DNA of 64,000 bases from Bacillota bacterium (GTDB lineage Bacteria > Bacillota > Sulfobacillia > JAIMAT01): contig JASBVM010000048.1 in NCBI GenBank assembly GCA_029961055.1, forward strand, positions 5,600 through 69,599. Direction: 5' to 3'. The notes beneath the pieces were generated by a model. It was not told the DNA's origin and did not search any database. It saw only the letters and a program-made list of their open reading frames with translations. Each line of letters begins with the position of its first letter. The stretch's first letter is position 1. Of the stretch, positions 51,308 through 60,927 are shown one piece after another. The translations under genes and the position numbers were made by a program.

Positions 51308-52423
51308 TCAGCGGTCGCCCCGCCGGCCGGGTTGCGGCTTCCTCCCGTAGAGCCTCTCGTCCACCAGCGCCAGGAGCTCCTCGGCGCTCCCCGCGTCGCG
51401 GCTCTCCGCCACCCCGAAGGTGAAGCCGAGGCGAGGCACCGGGCTGGCCGCCCCCTCCAGGGGGCCGGCGCCACCGGCCTCCAGTTGGCGACCTCTCTCG
51501 GCCTGGGTGAAGAGGGCCACCTCGGCGTTGGCCGCCTGGGTCATCCGCTGGGCGACGCGCTCGGCCACCGCGCGGGCGGTCCGCTCCTCCGTCTCCGGCA
51601 GGAGCAGGATGAACTCGTCGCCGCCGTAGCGGGCGGGCAGGTCGGAGAGGCGGACGGCCTCGGCCATGGCCCGGGCCGCCGCGGCCAGGACGCGGTCGCC
51701 CACGGGGTGGCCCACCCTGTCGTTGACCAGCTTGAAACCATCGGCGTCGAAGAGGACCAGGGAGGTCGGCCGGCCGCTGCGGGCGCTCCGTTCCAGCTCC
51801 TGGCGGAGCTGCTGGAAGAAGTGACGCCGGTTGGCGAGGCCGGTCAGCTCGTCGGTCATGGCCGAGGCGGCCAACGCGTTCTGGAACCGCCTCCGCTCGT
51901 CCGCCAGCGTTCCCAGCGCCCAGCCGGTCACGAGCAGGACGACCGCCAGGGCGCCGTCCAGCGGCAGAAGGTACGGCCGCCGGGCCAGCCCGTCGATCAG
52001 CACCACCAGCGCGGCGGGCAGGACGCCCAGGGCGACCGCCCGTCGCCGGTCCAGCGCCATGGCGTAGAAGAGGAAGGCGAAGAGGTAGAGCGACTGGGCG
52101 TACGGGAGCGGCAGGAGCGCCTGGGCGGCGGCAAGGGTGCCGAAGTCGAGCACCGCCGAGGCCAGCAGCCAGGCGGGGAGGTGCACACGCCGCAGGAAGC
52201 GGACGGAGAGCAGGATGGCCGTCGCGTAGAGGAGGGCGAAGAGCCCGAGGAGGAGGAATTCCAGGCTGCGAGCCTGCGGGACGAGGGTGACGAGGATGGC
52301 CAGGCTGGCCGCCCAGACGGCGAGCCGGGCGAGAGAGGTGGTCTGGCTGGTCTGCCGGCTCCGCACGCCGTGCACCCCCTGGGTCGGAGAGGGTTTCCAC
52401 CGTGTCCATCGACCTCCTGCCAT
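51308..52423 (-). CDS. Diguanylate cyclase (GGDEF domain) with an N-terminal multi-TM sensor domain.
   Basis: LTGLANRRHF...LVLFDADGFKLVNDRVGHPVGDRVL...RYGGDEFILLL. Confidence 0.85.
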   Translation of the reverse strand: MAGGRWTRWKPSPTQGVHGVRSRQTSQTTSLARLAVWAASLAILVTLVPQARSLEFLLLGLFALLYATAILLSVRFLRRVHLPAWLLASAVLDFGTLAAAQALLPLPYAQSLYLFAFLFYAMALDRRRAVALGVLPAALVVLIDGLARRPYLLPLDGALAVVLLVTGWALGTLADERRRFQNALAASAMTDELTGLANRRHFFQQLRQELERSARSGRPTSLVLFDADGFKLVNDRVGHPVGDRVLAAAARAMAEAVRLSDLPARYGGDEFILLLPETEERTARAVAERVAQRMTQAANAEVALFTQAERGRQLEAGGAGPLEGAASPVPRLGFTFGVAESRDAGSAEELLALVDERLYGRKPQPGRRGDR

Positions 52424-52440
52424 CCCGCCGAAGAGCCTGC

Positions 52441-52470
52441 GGCTTCTTGCCGTACCGAGCCTCCTGTGGT
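52441..52470 (+). promoter_or_regulatory. Candidate promoter of the aromatic supraoperon.
   Basis: TTGCCG, a 17-nt spacer, then TAAAGT upstream of aroH. Weak match. Confidence 0.3.
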
Positions 52471-52548
52471 AAAGTGCAGCGCAAATCCGGCCGCCCCGGG
52501 CGGACGGAGCGGAGCACGGAAAGACGGTAGGGGCTGTGGGAGGTTCCC

Positions 52549-53016
52549 GTGGGCAAGACGGAAAGACGGACTTCCCCCCAGGCGGGTGACGGACGCCTCT
52601 TCGTTGCGGCTGCGCAGGCCGTGACCCGCGGCGTGCGCGGGGCGACCACCGCGGAGAGCGACACGCCGGCGGCCATCCGCGAGGCGACCCAGGAGCTCTT
52701 GCGCGAGCTGAGCCGGCGGAACGGGTTCCGGCCGGAGGAGCTGGCCGCCCTTTTCTTCACCCTTACGCCGGATCTGACGGCGCTCTACCCGTCCAAGGCG
52801 GCGCGCGAGCTGGGCTGGATCCACGTGCCCCTGCTGGATCTGGCACAGGCGCCGGGACCGGGCTCCCCGCCCCTCTGCATCCGGGCGCTGGCGCTCTGGA
52901 ACACCCGGAAGCGGCCGGAGGAGATTCGACACGTCTACCTGCGCGGCGCGGCGGGCTTGCGCCCCGACTTGGCCGGCGACGGGGAGGGGGAGGCGGGTTC
53001 ACCTTGGTCATCGTGA
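52549..53016 (+). CDS. aroH: Chorismate mutase, AroH class (monofunctional).
   Basis: VRGATTAESDTP...LTPDLTALYPSKAARELGW...IRHVYLRGAAGLRPDL is collinear with B. subtilis AroH. GTG 52549 after GGGAGG; alternative GTG 52621 gives the canonical MTRGVRGATT N-terminus. Confidence 0.8.
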   Translation: MGKTERRTSPQAGDGRLFVAAAQAVTRGVRGATTAESDTPAAIREATQELLRELSRRNGFRPEELAALFFTLTPDLTALYPSKAARELGWIHVPLLDLAQAPGPGSPPLCIRALALWNTRKRPEEIRHVYLRGAAGLRPDLAGDGEGEAGSPWSS

Positions 53017-54068
53017 TGCGTGAGGGCGCGGAGGCTGCAGCCGTGGAGCGGGTGGTCCGGGCGGTGGAGGAGCTGGGCCTGCAGGCCCACCGCTCAGACG
53101 GCGAGCACCGCTCGGTGGTGGGTGTCGTCGGGGACGTCAGCCGTCTTTCGGAGGAGCTCTTCCTGCGCCTGCCGGGGGTGGAGCAGGTGGTCCGGCTGGA
53201 GCACCCGTACAAGCTGGCGAGCCGCGCCTTCCGTCCCGAGGGGACGCGGGTCTGGGCGGGGCCGGTGGAGATCGGCGGGCCCGGGATCGCGGTGATGGCC
53301 GGCCCCTGCAGCGTAGAGAGCCGCGAGCAGCTTCTGGAGGCGGCCGAGCGCGTCCGCGAGGCGGGCGCGACGCTCCTTCGGGGCGGCGCGTTCAAGCCGC
53401 GGACCTCGCCCTACAGTTTCCAGGGCCTGGGGGTCGAGGGGCTCCGGCTCCTGGCCGAGGCGCGTCGCCAGACGGGCCTGCCGGTGGTGACCGAGGTGAT
53501 GGCGCCCCAGGAAGTGGAGCTGGTGGCGGAGTACGCGGACGTCCTCCAGGTGGGCACCCGGAACATGCAGAACTTCTCCCTCCTCAAGGAGCTGGGCCAC
53601 GCGGGCAAGCCGGTCCTGCTCAAGCGGGGCATGGCCGCCACCACCGAGGAGTGGCTCCTGGCCGCCGAGTACGTCCTCGCCCACGGCAACCCCGACGTCA
53701 TCCTCTGCGAGCGGGGCATCCGCACCTTCGAGCACGCGACCCGGAACACGCTGGATCTCAGCGCGGTCCCCCTGGTCAAGCAACGGAGCCACCTGCCGGT
53801 GGTGGTCGACCCCAGCCACGCCACCGGCCTCTGGGAGCTGGTGACCCCCATGGCGCTGGCGGCCGTGGCGGCGGGTGCCGACGGCCTCCTCATCGAGGTC
53901 CACCCCGACCCCTCCCAGGCGCTCTCCGACGGACGCCAGTCGCTGCGCCCCGACCGGCTGGCGCGGCTGGTGGCCCAGGCCGACGGCGTGGCGCGGGCGG
54001 TCGGCCGCTGGATCCTCCGGCCGGAGCAGGCCCTCGAGCGGCGGCCTGCCGCAGCCGCCGGCCGCTAG
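53004..54068 (+). CDS. aroG: 3-deoxy-7-phosphoheptulonate (DAHP) synthase, class I-beta, with an N-terminal ferredoxin-like regulatory domain.
   Basis: GPCSVESREQLLEAAERVREAGATLLRGGAFKPRTSPYSFQGLG...KRG...VDPSHATG. Confidence 0.85.
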   Translation: MVIVMREGAEAAAVERVVRAVEELGLQAHRSDGEHRSVVGVVGDVSRLSEELFLRLPGVEQVVRLEHPYKLASRAFRPEGTRVWAGPVEIGGPGIAVMAGPCSVESREQLLEAAERVREAGATLLRGGAFKPRTSPYSFQGLGVEGLRLLAEARRQTGLPVVTEVMAPQEVELVAEYADVLQVGTRNMQNFSLLKELGHAGKPVLLKRGMAATTEEWLLAAEYVLAHGNPDVILCERGIRTFEHATRNTLDLSAVPLVKQRSHLPVVVDPSHATGLWELVTPMALAAVAAGADGLLIEVHPDPSQALSDGRQSLRPDRLARLVAQADGVARAVGRWILRPEQALERRPAAAAGR

Positions 54069-54080
54069 GAGGCGGCCGCC

Positions 54081-55001
54081 GTGCGCGAGCGGGCGGTGGC
54101 CATCCTCGGCCTCGGCCTGATCGGAGGCTCCATCGGCCGCGGCCTCGCCGGCCTGACGCGGCGACTCGGCTACGACCCCGACCCGGAGGCGCGCCGTCTC
54201 GCCGTGGAGGGGGGCGCGGTGGACGAGAGCCACCCGGAGCCGGGCCCCTGGCTGGGCGAGGCTTCCATGGTCCTCCTCGCCGCCCCGGCGGGCGCCCTGC
54301 CGGAGCTGGCGGCCCGGGCGGCGCCGTGGCTGGCGCCCGACGCGGTGGTCACCGACGTGGCCGGCGCCAAGGCGCGCGTGGCGGCGGCGCTGGCTCCCTT
54401 GCTCCCGCCGGGCCGGTACGTGCCCGGCCACCCGATGGCCGGGAGCGAGCATTCCGGCGGGCGTTACGCCGAGGCCGGCCTCTTCCGCGACGCCGTCTGG
54501 TTCCTCTGCCCGCCGCCGGGGTTGCAGGCAGGGGGCGGGGCCGAGGCCGAGGGCGAGAGCGCCTGGCGGCGGGTGGCGGCGCTGGTGGAGCGGCTGGGAG
54601 CGCGGCCGCGGCGCATCTCCGCGGAGGAACACGACCGCTGGGTCGCCCGGACGAGCCACCTTCCTTATCTGGTCGCGGCGGCGCTGGCCGAGGTCGCGGC
54701 CGAGGAGGATCCCGCGGAGATCCGCCAGGCGGTGGCGGGCGGCTTCCGCGACACCACCCGGGTGGTGGGGATGGATCCCGGGGTGGGCGCCGGCATGTGC
54801 CTTTCCAACCGGGACCAGCTGCTCCACGCCCTGGACCGTTTCCACGCGGCGCTGGACCGGCTCGAAGAGGCGCTCCGCCAGGACCGGGCGGAGGAGATGA
54901 GCGCGCTCCTGGCGCGGGCCCGGGAGGCGCGGGCGGTACTGCTGGAGGCGGGGGGCGGCGAAAGGGAGTCGCCGGTCTCCGCGGGGGGTGAGCTGCGCTG
55001 A
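54081..55001 (+). CDS. tyrA: Prephenate dehydrogenase.
   Basis: VAILGLGLIGGSIGRGL...VPGHPMAGSEHSG. Confidence 0.85.
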   Translation: MRERAVAILGLGLIGGSIGRGLAGLTRRLGYDPDPEARRLAVEGGAVDESHPEPGPWLGEASMVLLAAPAGALPELAARAAPWLAPDAVVTDVAGAKARVAAALAPLLPPGRYVPGHPMAGSEHSGGRYAEAGLFRDAVWFLCPPPGLQAGGGAEAEGESAWRRVAALVERLGARPRRISAEEHDRWVARTSHLPYLVAAALAEVAAEEDPAEIRQAVAGGFRDTTRVVGMDPGVGAGMCLSNRDQLLHALDRFHAALDRLEEALRQDRAEEMSALLARAREARAVLLEAGGGERESPVSAGGELR

Positions 55002-55003
55002 GG

Positions 55004-56281
55004 GTGGAGCCGCTCGACCGGCCGCTGCGGGCTGTGCTCCGGCCGCCCGGGGACAAGTCGGTCTCGCACCGGGCGCTCCTCCTGGCGGCTGCGGCCAAGG
55101 GGCGCTCGCGCATCGCGGGGCTCGGCCCGGGCGCCGACGTCAGGAGCACGCTGCGCGCCCTGGCGTGCTTCGGTCCCCGTTTCGAGGAGCGCGACGGCGC
55201 CTGGGAGGTGGAGAGCCCGGGGCTCGACGGCTGGCACGAAGCGGAGGACGTGATCGACTGCGGCAACTCCGGCACCACCCTCCGGCTCCTCAGCGGCCTC
55301 GCCGCGACACGGCCCTTCCTGACGCTCCTGAGCGGCGACGGCTCGCTCCGGCGCCGGCCGATGGACCGGGTGGCGGAGCCGCTCCGCGCCATGGGCGCGC
55401 GGGTCGACGGGCGCGGGGCGGGCCGCTACGCCCCCCTGGCGGTGCGCGGCGGCGAGCTCCGCCCGCTCCGCTGGCGCAGCCCGGTGGCCAGCGCCCAGGT
55501 CAAGTCGGCGATCCTCCTGGCCGGCCTGCGCGCCGGGGGCGAGACGGCGGTGGAGGAGCCGGCGCCCAGCCGGGACCACACCGAGCGGCTCCTCGCCTGG
55601 CTCGGCCTGCCGGTGGCGACCGAGGGGCGGCTCGTCCGCCTGGCGGGTCCCGCCACCCCTCCGCCCTTCCGGCTGGAGGTGGCGGGGGATCCTTCCAGCG
55701 CCTTCCCCTGGGCGGTTCTGGCCGTCCTGACGCCGGGCTCCGAGCTGGAGGTGGAAGGGGTGCTCCTCAACCCGCTCCGCCTGGGCGGATACCGGCTTCT
55801 CCAGCGGATGGGCGCCGACGTGGAGTTCCTGCCCGAGCGCCAGGAGGCCGGCGAGCCGGTGGGACGGATCCGGCTCCGCTCCTCCCCGCTCCGCGCCGTC
55901 CGCGTGGACGAGGACGAGGTTCCGGCGGCGGTGGACGAGCTGCCCCTCCTGGCCGTGGCCGCCTGCGCGGCCGACGGCGAGAGCCACTTCCGGGGGCTGG
56001 GGGAGCTGCGCGTCAAGGAGAGCGACCGCGTGCGCGCCATGGCCGAGGGGCTGGCGGCCATGGGCCTTCCCGTCACGGAGGAAGGCGACGGCTGGCGTGT
56101 GCGCGGTCCGGGGCGCGCCCGCTCGGCGCGCGTCTCCAGCCTGGGCGACCACCGCGTGGCCATGGCGCTGGCGGTGGCGGCCTGGGCGCTCCTCCGGCCG
56201 GGCGAGGCGGTGGAGCTGGAGGGGGCGGAGAGCGTGGCCATCTCCTACCCCGGCTTCTTCCGCGAGGTGAGGCCGGCGTGA
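55004..56281 (+). CDS. aroA: 3-phosphoshikimate 1-carboxyvinyltransferase (EPSP synthase).
   Basis: LRPPGDKSVSHRALLLAA...CGNSGTTLRLL...LRVKESDRV. Confidence 0.9.
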   Translation: MEPLDRPLRAVLRPPGDKSVSHRALLLAAAAKGRSRIAGLGPGADVRSTLRALACFGPRFEERDGAWEVESPGLDGWHEAEDVIDCGNSGTTLRLLSGLAATRPFLTLLSGDGSLRRRPMDRVAEPLRAMGARVDGRGAGRYAPLAVRGGELRPLRWRSPVASAQVKSAILLAGLRAGGETAVEEPAPSRDHTERLLAWLGLPVATEGRLVRLAGPATPPPFRLEVAGDPSSAFPWAVLAVLTPGSELEVEGVLLNPLRLGGYRLLQRMGADVEFLPERQEAGEPVGRIRLRSSPLRAVRVDEDEVPAAVDELPLLAVAACAADGESHFRGLGELRVKESDRVRAMAEGLAAMGLPVTEEGDGWRVRGPGRARSARVSSLGDHRVAMALAVAAWALLRPGEAVELEGAESVAISYPGFFREVRPA

Positions 56282-57153
56282 TCCGCCTGGCCGTGGTGGG
56301 CGACCCGGTGGCGCACAGCCTCTCGCCCGTCCTGCAGCGGGCCGCGCTGGCCGCGGCGGGCCTGGCCGGCAGCTACACCGCCCTGCGGGTGGAGCGGGGG
56401 AGGCTGGCCGAACGGGCGGCCGAGCTGGAACGGGAGGGCTTCCTCGGGCTGAACGTGACCATGCCGCTGAAGGAAGAGGCGCTGACGCTGGCCGCGGCCG
56501 CCTCGCGCCGGGCGCGCCGGGCGGGGGCGGCCAATACGCTTCGGCGCCGGCGCGAGGGCGGCTGGGAGGCGGAGAACACCGACGTGGAGGCGGTGGCGGG
56601 GGCGCTCCGGGAGGCGGGCTGGCCGCCGGGTCCCTCCCTGATCCTGGGGGCCGGCGGGGCGGCGGCGGGGGCGGCGCTCGCGCTGGGTGAGCTGGGCGCC
56701 CCCCGGGTCGTCTTCCTCGCCCGCAACCGGGCGAGGGGAGAGCGGTTGGCGGCGCGGCTGGCCGCCTTCTACCCGGGCACGGGCTGGGAGGTGGCCGACT
56801 GGCCGACGGGGGGCGCCGCGGAGAATCTGCAGGGCCGGGGCCGGCCGGCGGCCACGCTCCTGGTCCAGGCGACCCCGCTGGGCATGGAAGGAAGCGGGGC
56901 CCTCCACCCCTTCCCCCCGGAACGCTGGCTGGAAGTCCTCGCGCCCGGGGGTTGGGTGCTGGAGATGGTCTACCGGCCGCTGCGGACGCCGCTCCTGGCG
57001 GCCGCCGCGGAGCGGGGCTTCCGCAGCGTCGACGGGCTGGAGCTCCTCCTCCGGCAGGGTGCGGCCTCCTTCACTTACTGGACCGGGCGACCGGCCCCCC
57101 TCCGCGCGATGCGGGCGGCCCTGGAGGAGGTGCTGGCTTGTTCCGCTGGCTGA
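56278..57153 (+). CDS. aroE: Shikimate dehydrogenase.
   Basis: LAVVGDPVAHSLSPVLQ...GLNVTMPLKEE...; GTGA overlap with the aroA stop. Confidence 0.85.
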   Translation: MIRLAVVGDPVAHSLSPVLQRAALAAAGLAGSYTALRVERGRLAERAAELEREGFLGLNVTMPLKEEALTLAAAASRRARRAGAANTLRRRREGGWEAENTDVEAVAGALREAGWPPGPSLILGAGGAAAGAALALGELGAPRVVFLARNRARGERLAARLAAFYPGTGWEVADWPTGGAAENLQGRGRPAATLLVQATPLGMEGSGALHPFPPERWLEVLAPGGWVLEMVYRPLRTPLLAAAAERGFRSVDGLELLLRQGAASFTYWTGRPAPLRAMRAALEEVLACSAG

Positions 57154-58391
57154 CCGGGGGCGAGTCCCACGGTCCGGGGCTGACGGTGGTGGTGGACGGG
57201 CTGCCGGCAGGCGTGCCGCTGGCCGCGGAACGGCTTGCGGCGGAGATGGCGCGCCGCCAGCGCGGCTACGGACGGGGCGGGCGGATGCGCATCGAGCGGG
57301 ACCAGGCCCGCTTCCTGGGCGGCGTCCGGCACGGCCGGAGCACGGGAGCCCCTGTCGTCCTCTGGATCGAGAACCGGGACTGGCCGACCTGGGAGGCGGT
57401 GATGGACCCCGCCGGAGCGGCTCCCGCCACCGGGGCCGGCGAGGTCACCGGTTCCGCCCCCCTCACCGCCGCCGAGCGGCGAGCGGCGCCGGTGGAGCGG
57501 CCGCGGCCGGGCCACGCCGACCTGGCCGGGGCGCTCAAGTACGGCCACCGCGACATGCGGGACGTCCTGGAACGGGCGAGCGCCCGGGAGACGGCGGCGC
57601 GGACCGCCGCCGGCGCGGTCGCCCGCGCCTTGCTGGAAGAGCTGGGGATCGAGGTGGGCAGCTTCGTGGAGCGGATCGGTCCCGCCGCCTGGGAGCGAGA
57701 GCCCGCCTTCCCCGCCGATCCGGATCCGTGGCGCCGCTGGGCGGAGGCGGCCGAGGGCTCGCCCGTCCGCTGCCCGGACGGCGCCGCGGGGGCGGCCATG
57801 ATGGCCGCCATCGACGAGGCGCTGCGGGCGGGCGACACGCTGGGAGGCCGCTTCGTCGCCTTCGCCCTGGGCGTCCCCCCGGGCCTGGGCAGCTACGTCC
57901 AGTGGGACCGGCGCCTGGACGGGCGCCTGGCGCAGGCGATCCTCTCCATCCCGGGGGTGAAGGCGGTGGCCGTGGGAGCGGGCGAGAGCATGGCGGAGCT
58001 GCCGGGCTCGCTCGTCCACGACCCGCTCGAGCCCGACCCCCGCGGCCCGCGGCCCGGTCGCTTCCACCGCTCCAGCGACCGGGCGGGGGGGATCGAGGGC
58101 GGGGTGACCAACGGGGAGCCGGTGGTGGTCAGCGGCGTGATGAAGCCGCTGGCCACGCTGCGGAAGGCGCTGCCGTCGGTCCACATGCCCAGCGGCCGCC
58201 CCGGCGACGCGACCTTCGAGAGGTCGGACGTCTGCGTGGTGCCGGCGGCGGGCGTGGTGGCCGAGGCGATGCTGGCCCTGGTCCTGGCCGAAGCGCTGCT
58301 GGAGAAGTTCGGCGGCGACAGCCTGGAGGAGGTCCGCGGACGCCTGGAGGAGCGGCGCCGCGCCTGGGAGGCGGGCTGGCCGTGGGCGTGA
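57138..58391 (+). CDS. aroC: Chorismate synthase.
   Basis: TTG start (MFRWLTGGESHGPGLTVVVDGLPAG...) after GGAGGAGGTG; overlaps the aroE 3' end by 16 nt. Confidence 0.9.
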   Translation: MFRWLTGGESHGPGLTVVVDGLPAGVPLAAERLAAEMARRQRGYGRGGRMRIERDQARFLGGVRHGRSTGAPVVLWIENRDWPTWEAVMDPAGAAPATGAGEVTGSAPLTAAERRAAPVERPRPGHADLAGALKYGHRDMRDVLERASARETAARTAAGAVARALLEELGIEVGSFVERIGPAAWEREPAFPADPDPWRRWAEAAEGSPVRCPDGAAGAAMMAAIDEALRAGDTLGGRFVAFALGVPPGLGSYVQWDRRLDGRLAQAILSIPGVKAVAVGAGESMAELPGSLVHDPLEPDPRGPRPGRFHRSSDRAGGIEGGVTNGEPVVVSGVMKPLATLRKALPSVHMPSGRPGDATFERSDVCVVPAAGVVAEAMLALVLAEALLEKFGGDSLEEVRGRLEERRRAWEAGWPWA

Positions 58392-60049
58392 CCGCGGCGG
58401 GCCGGTCGCCGGCCCCGCGCCTGGCGCTGGTCGGGCTGAGCGGGAGCGGGAAGGGGACGGTGGGCCGCCTCCTCGCGCGCAGGCTGGGAGTCCCCTTCCT
58501 GGATCTGGACCGGCTGGTGGAGCTGGAGGCAGGCGCCCCCGTGGCCGCCATCTGGTCGGCGGAGGGCGAGGAAGGCTTCCGCCGCCGCGAGGCGGGCGCG
58601 CTGGAGCGGGCGCTGACGCTGGAGGCGGTGGTGCTCGCCACGGGCGGCGGGACGCCCCTCCTGCCCGGCGCGATGGAGCGGCTCCTCGCCTGGGGAAGGG
58701 TGGTCTGGCTGGACGCGCCGCCCGAAAGGCTGGCCGCGCGGCTCGAGGGAGAGGAGGCGCGGGCGCGGCCGCTCTTCCGGGGGGGAAGGCCGCTGGAGCT
58801 CCTCCGCCGCCAGCTGCAGGAGCGCTCCCCGGTCTACCGGCGCGCGATCCGGGTGGAGGCGGGCGGACCGCCCGGGGAGGTGGCGGAACGGGTCCGCGCG
58901 GCCGCCGCCCTGGGCGAGGACTGCCCGCCCCTCGAACCGCGCCTTCTGCCGGTGGGCGACCGCTACGAGGTGGAGATGAGCCTGGCCGCGCCCGAGCGGC
59001 TGGCAGGCTGGCTGGCGCAGCAGGGCGCCCGCCGGGCGGTGATCCTGGCCGAGCCGCTCACCGCAGCCCTGGCCGGCGTCGAGGTGGAGGAAGCCTGCCG
59101 CCGGCGCGGCCTGCGGGCGGAGCTCCTCCTCTATCCGGGCGGCGAGGAGGCGAAGCGCCTCCCGACGGTGGAGCGCCTCTACCACGACCTTCTCCGCCTC
59201 GGCGCCGACCGCTCCACCTGGCTCCTGGCCGTCGGCGGCGGCGTCACCACCGACCTGGGCGGCTTCGTCGCCGCCACCTTCCTGCGCGGGCTGCCCTGGG
59301 TGGCGGTGCCGACCACGCTGCTCGCCCAGGTGGACGCAGCCATCGGCGGCAAGACCGGCGTCGACCTGGAAGAGGGGAAGAACCTGGTGGGCGCCTTCTA
59401 CCCGCCCCGGCGGGTGGCGGTCGATCTGCGCTGGCTGATGGCGCTGCCGGGTGAGCTCTTCCTCGAGGGGATGGGGGAGGTGGTGAAGGCGGCGATCATC
59501 GCCGGCGAGCCCCTCTTCGGCTGGCTTGAACGGGAGCGCCCGGCGATCCTGGCGCGGCGGCCCGAGGCGCTCCAGACCCTGGTCGCGCGCGCGGCGGCGG
59601 TCAAGGCGGAGGTGGTGGCCGCCGACGAGCGCGAGGCCGGCCCGCGGGAGGTGCTCAACCTGGGGCACACCTTCGCCCACGCCCTGGAGGCGGCCAGCGG
59701 CTACCGGCTCCGCCACGGCGCCGCGGTGGGCGTGGGCCTCCGCCTGGCCGCGCGGCGGGCGGCGGAGGAAGGGCTCCTGCCGGAGACGGAACGGGCGCGG
59801 ATCGAGGCGCTCCTGGACGCCTACGGGCTGGGCGCCCCGCCCGGGCGGCTCGGCGAGGCGGCGCTGGGCGAGGCGCTGGCGGTGGACAAGAAGCGGCGGA
59901 GCGGCCGGCTCCGCCTGGTCCTGCCCAGGGCGGTGGGCGACGTCCGCACCGGCCACGCCTGTGACGCCGCCGACCTGGCGGCGTGGCTGGCCCGCGCCGT
60001 GGAGCGGTTATCCTGGGAGGCGGGGCCGGTGGGCGGTCCGGCTTCCTGA
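58382..60049 (+). CDS. aroKB: Bifunctional shikimate kinase / 3-dehydroquinate synthase (AroK-AroB fusion).
   Basis: N-terminal LVGLSGSGKGTVGRLLARRLGVPFLDLD (AroK). C-terminal LAVGGGVTTDLGGFVAATFLRGLPWVAVPTTLLAQVDAAIGGKTGV, HTFAHALE (AroB). One ORF; GTG 58382/58388 overlaps the aroC stop. Confidence 0.85.
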   Translation: MGVTAAGRSPAPRLALVGLSGSGKGTVGRLLARRLGVPFLDLDRLVELEAGAPVAAIWSAEGEEGFRRREAGALERALTLEAVVLATGGGTPLLPGAMERLLAWGRVVWLDAPPERLAARLEGEEARARPLFRGGRPLELLRRQLQERSPVYRRAIRVEAGGPPGEVAERVRAAAALGEDCPPLEPRLLPVGDRYEVEMSLAAPERLAGWLAQQGARRAVILAEPLTAALAGVEVEEACRRRGLRAELLLYPGGEEAKRLPTVERLYHDLLRLGADRSTWLLAVGGGVTTDLGGFVAATFLRGLPWVAVPTTLLAQVDAAIGGKTGVDLEEGKNLVGAFYPPRRVAVDLRWLMALPGELFLEGMGEVVKAAIIAGEPLFGWLERERPAILARRPEALQTLVARAAAVKAEVVAADEREAGPREVLNLGHTFAHALEAASGYRLRHGAAVGVGLRLAARRAAEEGLLPETERARIEALLDAYGLGAPPGRLGEAALGEALAVDKKRRSGRLRLVLPRAVGDVRTGHACDAADLAAWLARAVERLSWEAGPVGGPAS

Positions 60050-60114
60050 GGGTCGCAGGCGTCGACCCGGGACCCCCTTCCGGCCGACGGCGAGCTCGAG
60101 GAGAAGGTGAGGCG

Positions 60115-60927
60115 TTGGATCGGCTCTACGGGGTGGCGGTCCCCGATCTCCGCCGGCTGCCCGCCGGCCTGGAGGCGGGGGCGCTGGTGGTGGCCGCCCC
60201 CTCGCCCCGCGACTGGAGCGGGCTGCTGCGCGAGGCGGAAGCGGTGGCGCGCGGCCGCGGGCTGTGGGTGGTGGTGGCCGGGGCGCGGCGGGAGGCCGGC
60301 CGCCGGCTCCTCTCGGCCGCCTGCTTCGGGCCGGAGGGAGGACCGGTGGCCGTGCAGGACGAGCTCTTCCCGCCCGAGGGCTGGGCGCCGGGCGGGGAAC
60401 TGGCGCTCTTCGACCTGGCGGGTTGGCCGGCGGCGCTGGTGGTGGGGGAGGACATCCTCTGGCCGGAGGTGGCGCGCCTGGCCGCGCTGCGCGGGGCGCG
60501 CCTGCTGGCGGTGGCGAGCCTCTACCCGCCCGGGCGGCCCGCGGGGGCGGACGGGGCGGGGGCCCCGGGGACGGCGGCGGCGCCGCTTCCGGGCGGTGCC
60601 GCGGGCTGGGCGCAAGTGGCCGGCGGTTGGCAGGAAGTCCAGCAGAACCAGGTCTTCGCCGTGGAGAGCCCGCTCTGCGGCCAGCTGGCGGGGCGCTCCT
60701 CCGACGGCCGGCCGGCGGTCTGGGCGCCCTGCGAGATCACCCCCGGGGGCCGCGGCTGGCTCGACTGGAGCCCGGACCCCGAGCGGCCGGCGGCGGCCTG
60801 GCTCGATCCCGGCCAGCTGGCGTCGATCCGGAACGCCTATCCGCTCGAGCGCTTCCTCAACCCTGCGCTCTACCGGGCGCGCCTGGCGGAGGCCTACGAA
60901 CGGCTGACGGGAGGCGAACGTCGGTGA
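60115..60927 (+). CDS. Carbon-nitrogen hydrolase (nitrilase superfamily) protein 1.
   Basis: TTG start after GAGGAGAAGGTGAGG; ...ALFDLAGWPAALVVGEDILWPEVARLAALRGARLLAV... Confidence 0.6.
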   Translation: MDRLYGVAVPDLRRLPAGLEAGALVVAAPSPRDWSGLLREAEAVARGRGLWVVVAGARREAGRRLLSAACFGPEGGPVAVQDELFPPEGWAPGGELALFDLAGWPAALVVGEDILWPEVARLAALRGARLLAVASLYPPGRPAGADGAGAPGTAAAPLPGGAAGWAQVAGGWQEVQQNQVFAVESPLCGQLAGRSSDGRPAVWAPCEITPGGRGWLDWSPDPERPAAAWLDPGQLASIRNAYPLERFLNPALYRARLAEAYERLTGGERR

